The notes below the pieces were generated by a model, which ran no database searches, was not told the DNA's origin, and saw nothing but the letters and a program-made list of their open reading frames with translations. A DNA stretch of 64,000 nucleotides. Origin: a virus. The stretch lies in IMG/VR virus record IMGVR_UViG_3300025892_000010. One strand, written 5' to 3'. The position numbers were made by a program, and so were the translations under genes. Below, piece by piece: positions 9,486 through 17,994 of this stretch. The number at the start of each line of letters is the position of its first letter. Position 1 is the first letter of the stretch.

Positions 9486-10031
9486 TTACTCACTAGACCT
9501 CAAATATTCTAACATATTCTCTGGTGTAGATTCTATATATGGGTCATCATCTGTACCCTCATTGTTAATACCTGGTTCTTGCCACCATTTCTCAACAACT
9601 CCATTATCTATTACTGCCATATATCTCCAACTTCTATTACCGAAACCTAAATGGTTTTTACCAATTAGCATTCCCATAAATCTAGTGAAGTTGCCTGAGC
9701 CATCTGGTATCATCTTAACTTTTTCAATACCCATATGGTCTGCCCAAGCGTTCATTACAAAAGAATCATTTACTGATATACAATAAACTTCATCTACTGC
9801 AAATTTTTTAATTGTGTCATAGTTCTCTTCAAAACCTGGTAATTGTTGTGATGAACAAGTTGGTGTAAATGCACCTGGTAAACTAAACAAAACTACTCTT
9901 TTATTTTTAAAGTAATTGTCTGTTGTCTCATTCAACCATTGACCACCAATAGCACAACCACCATCTGTTTCAACTTCGTCACCTGTTCTTACTCTAAAGG
10001 TAACTGATGGTATCTTAAATCCTTCATTCAT
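9486..10031 (-). CDS. peroxiredoxin (Prx5-like)
   Basis: SLPGAFTPTCS, CISVNDSFVMNAW, DGSGNFTR, RSWRY. Confidence 0.93.
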   Translation of the reverse strand: MNEGFKIPSVTFRVRTGDEVETDGGCAIGGQWLNETTDNYFKNKRVVLFSLPGAFTPTCSSQQLPGFEENYDTIKKFAVDEVYCISVNDSFVMNAWADHMGIEKVKMIPDGSGNFTRFMGMLIGKNHLGFGNRSWRYMAVIDNGVVEKWWQEPGINNEGTDDDPYIESTPENMLEYLRSSE

Positions 10032-10174
10032 TATTTCTTCCTCTGTTCACGTTGCCACTTCTTATAACCAGCAGCCCATTGTTGTGCTGTTTGCCCTCTA
10101 GGTATAGACCTCTGTATAAGATACTCTCTAAATTGCGTTAGTTTGTTTATAAGATATGTAATATAATTAATCAT
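10031..10174 (-). CDS. hypothetical protein (probably leaderless)
   Basis: MINYITYLINK...; start lies 7 nt after a TATATT -10 element. Confidence 0.5.
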   Translation of the reverse strand: MINYITYLINKLTQFREYLIQRSIPRGQTAQQWAAGYKKWQREQRKK

Positions 10175-10181
10175 TCTAGCC

Positions 10182-10210
10182 AATATATCAAATTTGTTCA
10201 AGATTGTCAA
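10182..10210 (-). promoter_or_regulatory. sigma70-type promoter
   Basis: TTGACA-17-TATATT. Confidence 0.7.
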
Positions 10211-11060
10211 TGCTGGAATAGTCAACATAGTATAAATTATGTTGGCCGTCCCACTCTGCAACCATATTGTTTACGTTGTCTTTTAGTCTCAAATTTCTAT
10301 TTACTTTGTAAAATATGGTCTGTGGAAATCTATTGAATAGTGATTGCCATTGATTTACCCAATTATCGTGTGGTGTAGGACCATTCTCTTTAGCAACATA
10401 ATGTTTTGTGCCTTTGTAAATATTATTAACCGTTGGTTTAGTTGATTGTAAATCGTGACCTATTAGAAAGACCTCTTTTGCACCTAAATGACAAGCAACA
10501 TAACCACTAGACGGACCTGTTGCCCAACCTAGGTCTGTACCCATTATATCTTTTAGACTATGTGATTTATCTTTTTCTGGATGTATCCAAGAAACCTTAA
10601 CTTGACCCACACTTATATTCTTGACATATGTTTTTACGTCTGCAATACCTAATTCTTTTTTCTGTTCTAAATTTTCTTTATTCTTCCTAATTATATGTAC
10701 TGCACCCTCTAATCTTGAACCGTGAAATACAAACTCTTTTGCTTGACCTCTATTGTTCTCTTGCAATACGCCTTCTTTTCTTACTTCATCTATATCACCA
10801 GCTGATACATTACCCTCAACTAACATTCTATACATATTTTCTGGTATTTTAGTCCAATCTCTAAAGTATCCTGGTATCTTATTACAAATACCTGTATGAT
10901 ATATTTCGTGCATTACGCCGTGGTCAACAGCACAGATAACATCTGGTGTAAAATCTCTATGAATAGCATTACAGCCAACAATTGTGCCTAATGGTCTTAA
11001 TCTTTCTAAATCAAAACCAACTCTAGATTCACCATTGCCTATACAAAATGCTCTATGCAT
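10188..11060 (-). CDS. sugar/nucleotide transferase-like protein (MptE/DUF115- or sialyltransferase-like fold)
   Basis: AFCIGNGESR, VGCNAIHRD.TPD...AVD, TGPSS, VFLIGHD. Confidence 0.55.
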   Translation of the reverse strand: MHRAFCIGNGESRVGFDLERLRPLGTIVGCNAIHRDFTPDVICAVDHGVMHEIYHTGICNKIPGYFRDWTKIPENMYRMLVEGNVSAGDIDEVRKEGVLQENNRGQAKEFVFHGSRLEGAVHIIRKNKENLEQKKELGIADVKTYVKNISVGQVKVSWIHPEKDKSHSLKDIMGTDLGWATGPSSGYVACHLGAKEVFLIGHDLQSTKPTVNNIYKGTKHYVAKENGPTPHDNWVNQWQSLFNRFPQTIFYKVNRNLRLKDNVNNMVAEWDGQHNLYYVDYSSIDNLEQI

Positions 11061-11487
11061 ATATCTTACCGTCTTTAGGTTTTAATAATGATATTTCTTT
11101 TTCTGTCTTATCAAATTTAGATTGGAAAGTTCTTTTATTCATTCTTTTCATATGCCAATTAAAATCAAAATTAAACTTTGTCATTTCAGATAGATTCCAT
11201 ATTACTATCTTGTCATCTGTAAACTTATTAATGTACAATGCTTCTTTACTATAAAATTTACTTTTCTTAATTAAACTATCGTATTTTAGTTTCTCAATTA
11301 TAAGACCCTCTATAGCATACTTATGGTCACTTTCAAAGTTTCTTTTCTTAAATTCACAAACATACTTATCACTAATTGCGTCAAAGGCTGCATATGATTT
11401 ACCCTCTACAATTAATGGATTGTCTTCAAATATAGCAAGTTTGTTTAGTTCTTCAACTAATCCTTTTTCATTATTAGACCAACTCAT
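11053..11487 (-). CDS. PD-(D/E)XK nuclease-like protein
   Basis: FDA...VCEFKKR motif. Confidence 0.5.
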   Translation of the reverse strand: MSWSNNEKGLVEELNKLAIFEDNPLIVEGKSYAAFDAISDKYVCEFKKRNFESDHKYAIEGLIIEKLKYDSLIKKSKFYSKEALYINKFTDDKIVIWNLSEMTKFNFDFNWHMKRMNKRTFQSKFDKTEKEISLLKPKDGKIYA

Positions 11488-11801
11488 TGAAAATAATATC
11501 CTACTACACCCATTAAATAGATTGCTAAAGATACTGCATTAAGAACAATCAAAGCTCTATCGTGCCACAACATTCCTACAATTAACCACCCAAGTACACC
11601 AAAACTTGCAACCATAATATTATATGGATATAAATTAGCAGACGCCAATATCATACCTACAATTAAAAATGCACTTGCAGCCCACTTAATATACCAAGAT
11701 AAGTCACCTTTTGGTGTTACCTTTTTAAATACTCTACTTGAATTTAATTTTTTGATTTTTTCGTCTAGTTTTTCTCTTATCGGTGTTATATTATTCTCCA
11801 T
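11484..11801 (-). CDS. three-TM membrane protein (DUF6552-like)
   Basis: SWYIKW, LYPYN, GWLIVGMLWHDRALIVLN. Confidence 0.65.
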   Translation of the reverse strand: MENNITPIREKLDEKIKKLNSSRVFKKVTPKGDLSWYIKWAASAFLIVGMILASANLYPYNIMVASFGVLGWLIVGMLWHDRALIVLNAVSLAIYLMGVVGYYFQ

Positions 11802-12405
11802 TAACAAATACCTCTTTCATAATCATTTTCGCTTCTGTCATATTAAAGTTCAGAAACGGAGTTAGTCTGGCAATCGTATGTGAGATTTTAGGCCAGACAA
11901 CTTTCTCACTAATATTTTTATCCCAATCTTTAATAAACGACAAATGTTTGTTGAGATATATGGCGGTTTGGAAGTTAACTTTCCGTTGAATAAGTAATCG
12001 TAGCATTCTAGGATGTTGTCCCATATGTACCCGTAAACCATCATCAAACCGAATATTACGAGACTGAAAATCATTAACAATCCGTACACAATCGTCCCGA
12101 AAATGATATTTAAAAGATTCATTATACTTTCGGTACTTGGTATAAGTCTCAACACTTTCATTACTTATTAATTCTCCTATCCATTTGTCACCACTAATAA
12201 TAAAATTAGAAACAAGAAAATCAAGTACGTCTCGTTCATTAAATCTTTTAGATAACTTATGAAAAAAATATCTATCTTTTCTTTTAGTGAACGTATCCAG
12301 TTTAGCATTCGTTTTCCCTCCATATTTTATATAATCATAACTATCTGTTGTAAAGTGGAGTTTGACACCCAAGTATATTTTATAAACATCAAATCCGCCA
12401 TACAT
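11791..12405 (-). CDS. gp59: helicase loader gp59
   Basis: FDVYKIYLGVKLHFTTDSYDYIKYGGK, RKDRYFFHKLS, HP.ML. Confidence 0.9.
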   Translation of the reverse strand: MYGGFDVYKIYLGVKLHFTTDSYDYIKYGGKTNAKLDTFTKRKDRYFFHKLSKRFNERDVLDFLVSNFIISGDKWIGELISNESVETYTKYRKYNESFKYHFRDDCVRIVNDFQSRNIRFDDGLRVHMGQHPRMLRLLIQRKVNFQTAIYLNKHLSFIKDWDKNISEKVVWPKISHTIARLTPFLNFNMTEAKMIMKEVFVNGE

Positions 12406-12548
12406 TATTGTTTGTCTCTGTTCTCACTATAACCATAATCCATTACCCAACTTAATAAGGCAAATATTACACCTATCATAATCAAACCCCACAAAAATGA
12501 TTCAGGTTCAACAAACAACATATGATATAACATTTCTAAGCCATTCAT
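12405..12548 (-). CDS. small membrane protein
   Basis: MNGLEMLYHMLFVEPESFLWGLIMIGVIFALLSWVMDYGYSENRDKQ; ATGA/TAATG coupling; not in ORF track. Confidence 0.6.
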   Translation of the reverse strand: MNGLEMLYHMLFVEPESFLWGLIMIGVIFALLSWVMDYGYSENRDKQ

Positions 12549-12763
12549 ACAGGTAATGCACCACCTTTTTTAATCTTCAGCATATTTGCATTTAAGGCTT
12601 CTGCTTTGATTTTTTCTTTTAGTGATTTTGATATTAGTCTGGTTGTAGTTTCTATTTCAATATTGTTTTCTTCACAATACCACACTACAGCGTCCATATA
12701 AGAAATTGGTTTTTTCTCTTTGACTATGTTTAAAATTATTGTTGTAAATTCTTTGCTATTCAT
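12545..12763 (-). CDS. gp33: late transcription coactivator gp33
   Basis: SYMDAVVWYCEENNIE...LISKSLKEKIKAEA..NML; adjacent to gp59 as in T4-likes. Confidence 0.88.
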   Translation of the reverse strand: MNSKEFTTIILNIVKEKKPISYMDAVVWYCEENNIEIETTTRLISKSLKEKIKAEALNANMLKIKKGGALPV

Positions 12764-12769
12764 ACTCTC

Positions 12770-12797
12770 ATTATATCTATTTTCTGTTAAATGTCAA
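12770..12797 (-). promoter_or_regulatory. sigma70-type promoter for gp33 (leaderless)
   Basis: TTGACA-16-TATAAT, 6 nt before ATG. Confidence 0.7.
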
Positions 12798-12799
12798 GC

Positions 12800-13045
12800 G
12801 TGGTGTTTCTGTTGCCAAGTACACCACAAACTCCGTTACCTATTAACTAGGCAGCAAGGGCAAAATTTGAGTTGCCATTTAAAATGCGTTTAAGTACGCC
12901 TACTATTACTCTCTATAAAGTTTTTCTGTACGAGTCGAACCTACACACCCCCCATAAGCACACCATTAATGTGTTTATGGTGGAGGTGGTGGGAGTTGCA
13001 CCCACGTCCTCTATACGTATTATACTCTACGTCAACAAGTAATTC
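12800..13045 (-). ncRNA. ssrA: permuted two-piece tmRNA (alphaproteobacterial type); outer boundaries approximate
   Basis: T-arm GTGGG-TGCAACT-CCCAC plus CACCTCC-A-CCA ending at 12978, short intervening hairpin, then GGGGGTG (12952) giving a 7-bp acceptor stem with G3:U70; GGTTCGAC; TAAAT followed by tag GNSNFALAA* (12876-12847); GGCAACAGAA motif near the 3' end. Confidence 0.92.
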
Positions 13046-13399
13046 TTATGCTCCTTCTTTGTGATTATACATCAAATCAAAAGAGTGAGATACGATACAG
13101 CTTTCTTGTCCACTTGGACTTGTTAAAACAATAAGGTGTTGACTTCTATCTTTTGACACAAACGTATATACAAAATAAGCGGACGGTGCTTCTGCGTTTG
13201 CACCCTCTTTCGCTACGGAAAAAGTCTCTGGAATAAAATCAAACCTATCTATATAACCATTTACAACATCACTAGGACCACATTGAGCAGGTAAACCCAT
13301 TGGTGCTAAACCATAGGCGCCTGAATTTTCTAGTTCGTGGTCTGCGTGAGCAGTAAACATAACTAAGCTGAATAACAAAGTTAGTATTATTTTTTGCAT
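13046..13399 (-). CDS. exported hypothetical protein
   Basis: Signal peptide ending AHA; Cys pair. Confidence 0.6.
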   Translation of the reverse strand: MQKIILTLLFSLVMFTAHADHELENSGAYGLAPMGLPAQCGPSDVVNGYIDRFDFIPETFSVAKEGANAEAPSAYFVYTFVSKDRSQHLIVLTSPSGQESCIVSHSFDLMYNHKEGA

Positions 13400-13432
13400 T
13401 AATGCCTCCTGTGAGGACTTAATAAGGCTTGA

Positions 13433-14116
13433 TTACTGATTTATCTTTTCTTTATTAAGTTCTTCATAATATTTATAAAAGTCCTTAATAGCTTTCTCTA
13501 GGTCTGCTGTATATGTCGCTTTATCTTTTACAAAAGCATTACAAGAACCGTCTTCTCCTGATTGTAAAATAACAACTTGTTCTATGGGAGTTCCGAATAG
13601 CTCTTCATACATAATTGCATAGGCAGTACATTGCATATAATAATTATGATTCCAAGAATCAATACGTTCTTTGTTAGCAGTTTTGAAATCAATTACAGAT
13701 AATTTACCATTGTACTCTGCAATACAATCAACTTGACCAGCAAGGGTTAGTTTATGTGAGTACATAATTTTTTCAAGACAATGAATATTGTCAATTTGGT
13801 CAAGATATGGTTTCATTAACTTAAACATACCAAGAGGTAACACATCACGAATTGCTGGTGTTTCACCTTTTAGATATTGTTCTACTAATGTGTGTACAGC
13901 TTTACCTCTACGTGCCGCTCTGGCCATTTCCCATTTAGCAGCCGCTTCGCCAACATTCTTACGCCATTGTATTAGGCCTTCTTTTTTCTGAATACTTAAA
14001 ATTGTTGTGATTGAGGGATAGTTCTTACCATCTACTTGGTAAAACCTAAAACCGTTTGTGTTCATTCCTTTTGTATTAGGAAACTTACTCTCGTCTAGTT
14101 GTACAAAATTTTTCAT
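13433..14116 (-). CDS. PD-(D/E)XK exonuclease (T4-like marine phage type)
   Basis: YPSITTIL, WRKNVGE, RGKAVH..E, AGQVDCIAEY, IDFKT, QCTAYA. Confidence 0.88.
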   Translation of the reverse strand: MKNFVQLDESKFPNTKGMNTNGFRFYQVDGKNYPSITTILSIQKKEGLIQWRKNVGEAAAKWEMARAARRGKAVHTLVEQYLKGETPAIRDVLPLGMFKLMKPYLDQIDNIHCLEKIMYSHKLTLAGQVDCIAEYNGKLSVIDFKTANKERIDSWNHNYYMQCTAYAIMYEELFGTPIEQVVILQSGEDGSCNAFVKDKATYTADLEKAIKDFYKYYEELNKEKINQ

Positions 14117-14217
14117 TATATTGTTCCTTGCATATAGTTTAGTAATAGAGATAATGCTAGTAGAAATCCACCAACACCAACTATTCCTAATATAATATTC
14201 TTTACTTGTTTCATCAT
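14116..14217 (-). CDS. small single-TM protein (leaderless)
   Basis: MMKQVKNIILGIVGVGGFLLALSLLLNYMQGTI; TAATG overlap with exonuclease. Confidence 0.55.
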   Translation of the reverse strand: MMKQVKNIILGIVGVGGFLLALSLLLNYMQGTI

Positions 14218-14223
14218 ATAGTC

Positions 14224-14252
14224 ATTCTATCTTACATTTACAAGATTGGCAA
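14224..14252 (-). promoter_or_regulatory. sigma70-type promoter
   Basis: TTGCCA-17-TAGAAT. Confidence 0.65.
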
Positions 14253-14329
14253 GCCTAATTTGACCTGTAATCCATTAAATGTTCATTTATTAAATCGGTA
14301 GAGTTTCTTAACTCTTCCCTATCTTCTTT

Positions 14330-14800
14330 TCAGCTAGGAACATAAGACTCATAACAAGTCTTGTTGCTCTCATTCTTATATGCTCTTAATATTTGTTTAC
14401 GGTTTTCACCATCAGCACGATAAGAACAATGTACCCACCCCGAATTAGGTTCATCTAAATTGTGGAATTCCAAAATCATCTGGTCAAATTCACAATTCTC
14501 TGAAATCCATTTTACCAATTCAGCGTTGCTCAATCCAAACACCTCAAAATCGGCCGCCTGGCCTTTGGCGTGCTGTGAATTTTTGCTTGAGCCTATTGCT
14601 TCGCATAAATCTGGACTACGATACCCACTTGATATGGTAACAACCTTACCAAAATGGTCTCGGACTTTTTGTAGTACATTTTCACATAATGCTTTTAAAG
14701 CATTCATATGGTCTTCGCTAGGATTATTACTAATACCCTTACGAACAGCCGTTTGTGAGGCTGTCATTTCTTTTAGACTAAAATTAGGACTTAATTTCAT
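14330..14800 (-). CDS. peptidase M15 (Zn D-Ala-D-Ala carboxypeptidase / endolysin-like)
   Basis: LSPNFSLKEM, ISSGYRS, SQHAKGQAADF, FDQMILEF, WVHCS. Confidence 0.9.
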   Translation of the reverse strand: MKLSPNFSLKEMTASQTAVRKGISNNPSEDHMNALKALCENVLQKVRDHFGKVVTISSGYRSPDLCEAIGSSKNSQHAKGQAADFEVFGLSNAELVKWISENCEFDQMILEFHNLDEPNSGWVHCSYRADGENRKQILRAYKNESNKTCYESYVPS

Positions 14801-14942
14801 TTAATTTTTCCTTTGCTTTTAACTTTAATTTCTTTGCGTCTTTTAACAATTGCCAAGAAACACTACCTCTATCTTCTTTACGTTTCTCTTCCAGTATATT
14901 TACTTCCCTCTTCATTTCTTTATGTTCTTGTTTAAGGTCCAT
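14784..14942 (-). CDS. small coiled-coil protein (DUF465-like)
   Basis: MDLKQEHKEMKREVNILEEKR...KKLKLKAKEKL; not in ORF track. Confidence 0.55.
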   Translation of the reverse strand: MDLKQEHKEMKREVNILEEKRKEDRGSVSWQLLKDAKKLKLKAKEKLNEIKS

Positions 14943-14945
14943 ATA

Positions 14946-15335
14946 TTATCCTCTTGTTAGTTTTAGCAACTTTTCTATTTGTGCCTTAATAATTGGTGTT
15001 CTATTTGGCCAATGTATGTAAGGCTCATCACTTTTCATTAAATTGTAAAGAAATGGTAATATTAATTTCTCTACATCTTTAAATCTAGTATTTACTTCTT
15101 CGTTATTAACTTCTTTTGTTATAGTATCTTTCTCTGCCACAATTTGCATAATCTCATTCATCATAGACTTGATAGAAGATACATCTGTTTTAACTTTAGA
15201 TAGTTCTAAATTCTGATTATCAATTTGTTTAGGGTCAATAGCAGGCTGAGTTGTAGGTGCCTGTGATACTGGTGTCATACCCCAATCATCATCTAGGTCA
15301 AACCCTCTCATATAATCTGGTAAATCTTTTGCCAT
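14946..15335 (-). CDS. hypothetical protein
   Basis: 129-aa ORF, translationally coupled; YIHWPNR motif. Confidence 0.65.
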   Translation of the reverse strand: MAKDLPDYMRGFDLDDDWGMTPVSQAPTTQPAIDPKQIDNQNLELSKVKTDVSSIKSMMNEIMQIVAEKDTITKEVNNEEVNTRFKDVEKLILPFLYNLMKSDEPYIHWPNRTPIIKAQIEKLLKLTRG

Positions 15336-15640
15336 TATTTTTTCCCCTTTTGTCTTCTACGGTGTTTATCTACCACCTGCTTAGTTTTTATATCTTTGAT
15401 AGACTTCTTACCATATCTATCAGCAAATGGACTAGTAGGATGTGCCTCTGCAATTCTGGACATATTCTCTTTCCAACCAGAGTCATTTTTCATACCACCA
15501 GTACCACTAACTATATTTATTGTTGTGATAAGTTGTTTGATATGTTTGTTTTTCTCTAAATATGCCTCTTTATCTGCAATTGACATATAATCATCAAACA
15601 CTTTACCTGTTTTTGTGTCCTCAAAGGTATATGTTGGCAT
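15335..15640 (-). CDS. FmdB-like regulatory protein (Cys-less)
   Basis: MPTYTF..TG..F...MSIA; GWKE.MSRIAEAHP. Confidence 0.65.
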   Translation of the reverse strand: MPTYTFEDTKTGKVFDDYMSIADKEAYLEKNKHIKQLITTINIVSGTGGMKNDSGWKENMSRIAEAHPTSPFADRYGKKSIKDIKTKQVVDKHRRRQKGKK

Positions 15641-15864
15641 TAATTACTCTTTAATGGGTCTTTAAATGTGAAATACTTATTAAGTACCTCTAATTCATCA
15701 TCATATTGAGCAATAATAGCTAACTCTTTTTCTATTGTTTCAAGTGTATCAGGATGTTCAGCTATACCTGCTACTTTATTCAATAAAACTTCTACGTTTG
15801 CTTTATGTTTTGCAATATGTCCTTCAGCGTGTTTCTTTAACGCTTCAATTATTTCATTTCGCAT
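15640..15864 (-). CDS. conserved hypothetical protein
   Basis: HAEGHIAKHKANVEV...GIAEHPD..ETIEKEL. Confidence 0.7.
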   Translation of the reverse strand: MRNEIIEALKKHAEGHIAKHKANVEVLLNKVAGIAEHPDTLETIEKELAIIAQYDDELEVLNKYFTFKDPLKSN

Positions 15865-16009
15865 TTTTTTTCTCCTTTAATATTCTACCATAATTTGGCC
15901 AACCAAACTTATCTGGTGACTCACCTACATAACGCCATCTAATAACGCCTGTGTTAGGATTTCTTTCGTAAATTTTTGGCCTAGATGTATTGTTCTTCTT
16001 CATTGCCAT
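15854..16009 (-). CDS. small hypothetical protein
   Basis: MAMKKNNTSRPKIYERNPNTGVIRWRYVGESPDKFGWPNYGRIL...; fills the intergenic gap. Confidence 0.55.
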   Translation of the reverse strand: MAMKKNNTSRPKIYERNPNTGVIRWRYVGESPDKFGWPNYGRILKEKKNAK

Positions 16010-16571
16010 ATATTTTACCCTCTACGTACCAATCTGGTACTTTTGCTGGACTTTTCCAAGTAGCAAATCTTTTTTTTTCTAGTATATAGTAGTTTCTATA
16101 ACTAGCTACTGCGTCACCATCAACTTTACAATGCTCAGGCATTGCTGGTTGTGGGTCTGTTGCAAGTTTATTTATTTTTGCATTTTTAGGTGGTTGTGAT
16201 AACACTTCACCTAATTTTTGAATTGTTAAATGGTCATCTGTATGATTATATCTTTTTTTGTATTCTTCATTAAGAGCCATCATATGTTTGTATAACCACA
16301 TATAGTTGTAAGCAGATTCAAATAACCATATTGTACTAGGGTGTTTTACCCAACCTGCTTTGTATAGTAATGGTTCTAAATTAGAATTAGGGTGTTTCCA
16401 CCTTTTAATCTTTCTACCATTTTTAGTTTTGTCATAATATTCTGTGCCATCTAATACTCTATGAGCAGTAGATAATAGTTGTGCTGACTCTAGTATCATT
16501 TTTACAACGTGTTTATCACACGACATTTCGGCTGCCACTTTTGGGTCTTTGTGTAAATAAAAAACATTCAT
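15981..16571 (-). CDS. pyrimidine-dimer DNA glycosylase / endonuclease V family
   Basis: MNVFYL..P..AA....DKHVVKMILESAQLLSTAH, HPSTIW, EY..RY, AMP, YRNYY. Confidence 0.8.
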   Translation of the reverse strand: MNVFYLHKDPKVAAEMSCDKHVVKMILESAQLLSTAHRVLDGTEYYDKTKNGRKIKRWKHPNSNLEPLLYKAGWVKHPSTIWLFESAYNYMWLYKHMMALNEEYKKRYNHTDDHLTIQKLGEVLSQPPKNAKINKLATDPQPAMPEHCKVDGDAVASYRNYYILEKKRFATWKSPAKVPDWYVEGKIYGNEEEQYI

Positions 16572-16756
16572 TAGTGTATCGCCTTTCTAAAATAATCTAA
16601 TTGGTCATACTTCGTACATAATGCTTTGAAAGTATTGTACCAAAAGTTTTTAGACCAATCAGTAGTCGCTTTCTTACATCTGTCTTCAGCATTTTTAATT
16701 CTTCTCATCTGTAAATCAGGAGAGATAATACGGTTTATATCTGCATTTGTAATCAT
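16571..16756 (-). CDS. hypothetical protein (probably leaderless)
   Basis: MITNADINR...; 6 nt after TATAAT of a TTGCCA-17-TATAAT promoter. Confidence 0.6.
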   Translation of the reverse strand: MITNADINRIISPDLQMRRIKNAEDRCKKATTDWSKNFWYNTFKALCTKYDQLDYFRKAIH

Positions 16757-16762
16757 AGTTTC

Positions 16763-16791
16763 ATTATACCTCATTATATAGTTTTTGGCAA
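16763..16791 (-). promoter_or_regulatory. sigma70-type promoter
   Basis: TTGCCA-17-TATAAT. Confidence 0.7.
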
Positions 16792-16794
16792 GCG

Positions 16795-16959
16795 TTATTT
16801 ACCTGCATTAGCACCATTTGTTATAATGGTTCTAAAGAGTGTGAATTTAGGGTCTTTCCAATCTACCGTTTTCTCACAATTGTGAGGCGATATACAGGTT
16901 GTTTTCATACAACCCATTAATAAACTACTTATTGCTAGTAGGATTAATATTCGGGTCAT
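16795..16959 (-). CDS. small lipoprotein
   Basis: MTRILILLAISSLLMG-CMKTTCISPHNCEK...; lipobox; not in ORF track. Confidence 0.6.
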   Translation of the reverse strand: MTRILILLAISSLLMGCMKTTCISPHNCEKTVDWKDPKFTLFRTIITNGANAGK

Positions 16960-17983
16960 TCCACTCCATTATTTGGTCTAGTTTGATTCTTATTGCGTCA
17001 GGATCCAGACCAAGTTCCTGCAATTCTTTTGTTCCCATTTCTCTAAAAAAGTCTTCATAGTCTCTATTGGTTAATGTTCTTTTACCTAATTTACCAAAAA
17101 AGTCTTTATAAACTTTTTGCTTATCTCGGAAGTCTTTCGCTCTAGCTTTTGCATTAGCAGCTTCCTTTTGCCAATCTTTTTGGCGCTTTGCATTGTTCTT
17201 TTTTTCGTCTTCAATTTTCTTTTTCTCTGCTCTGGCATTTTTCCAAGTCCTTAATGATATGTTAGCCGCTATCAATAATAATACTGCTAATGGGTCAAAT
17301 ACAAATATCAATACCATAATGGCATATCTTACTGCCTCATCAAAATGGTCTTTTGCATTTTCACCATATATTAATTCTGCAATATACTTTAACGGACCAA
17401 CCTCTGCTTCTATTTTTTGTTGGTCTAATTCTATAATACTCTTTTCTTTATATAGTTCAGAAATTTTATTTGTACTATTTTTAATTTCTTCTTTTAGTAG
17501 ATTACGTTCTTCTTCTTGTTTACGTCTTTCTTTTAAACCTCTAGTAGCATAATCATTCTTTAGGTATACTTCAATAGATTTATCTAATTGTAATAAAGTA
17601 TCTTCAGCACGTTTTATATTACGTTCTTCTTGTTTTATCTGTTTATCAATTAAACTGGTTTGTATTGTAAAGTTTGCCTGTGGTTGTACACTATCAAGGT
17701 GCGCCTTTGATAGGAAACCAAAAATACCCATTGACGTGATAAAGATTAACACTATCACAGCCGTTGTCAAGTATGCCTTGATGGTTTTTGGTACTAAACT
17801 ATTTTGCCAATTATTATATAACCAACTGGCGGCTACAAGTTTACCAACTTCTAACGCACTACCCATAGCAATAATAGGTACATAAGCGCCTGCGAATATA
17901 GTAGCAAGACCTATAATAGAATAACCAGCGGCTATTACAGATATAGAAATTGCACTAAAAAATGTTAATATTATTCCGAACAT
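16925..17983 (-). CDS. multi-TM coiled-coil membrane protein (DUF4407-like)
   Basis: Three N-terminal TMs, LEVGKLVAASWL, coiled coil, EVGPLKYIAE, FVFDPLAVLLL. Confidence 0.7.
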   Translation of the reverse strand: MFGIILTFFSAISISVIAAGYSIIGLATIFAGAYVPIIAMGSALEVGKLVAASWLYNNWQNSLVPKTIKAYLTTAVIVLIFITSMGIFGFLSKAHLDSVQPQANFTIQTSLIDKQIKQEERNIKRAEDTLLQLDKSIEVYLKNDYATRGLKERRKQEEERNLLKEEIKNSTNKISELYKEKSIIELDQQKIEAEVGPLKYIAELIYGENAKDHFDEAVRYAIMVLIFVFDPLAVLLLIAANISLRTWKNARAEKKKIEDEKKNNAKRQKDWQKEAANAKARAKDFRDKQKVYKDFFGKLGKRTLTNRDYEDFFREMGTKELQELGLDPDAIRIKLDQIMEWNDPNINPTSNK

Positions 17984-17994
17984 AGTATTATTTA

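Noticed and set aside
12940-13010. Stand-alone tRNA-Ala
   Set aside because: No anticodon arm; the halves are permuted and linked to a tag ORF, i.e. tmRNA
13433-14116. Cas4/CRISPR association of the exonuclease
   Set aside because: No four-Cys Fe-S pattern and no repeat-spacer array seen anywhere in the window
14255-14332. Definite selenoprotein call for the M15 peptidase
   Set aside because: No redox motif around the UGA and no Sec machinery in the window; only generic readthrough is proposed
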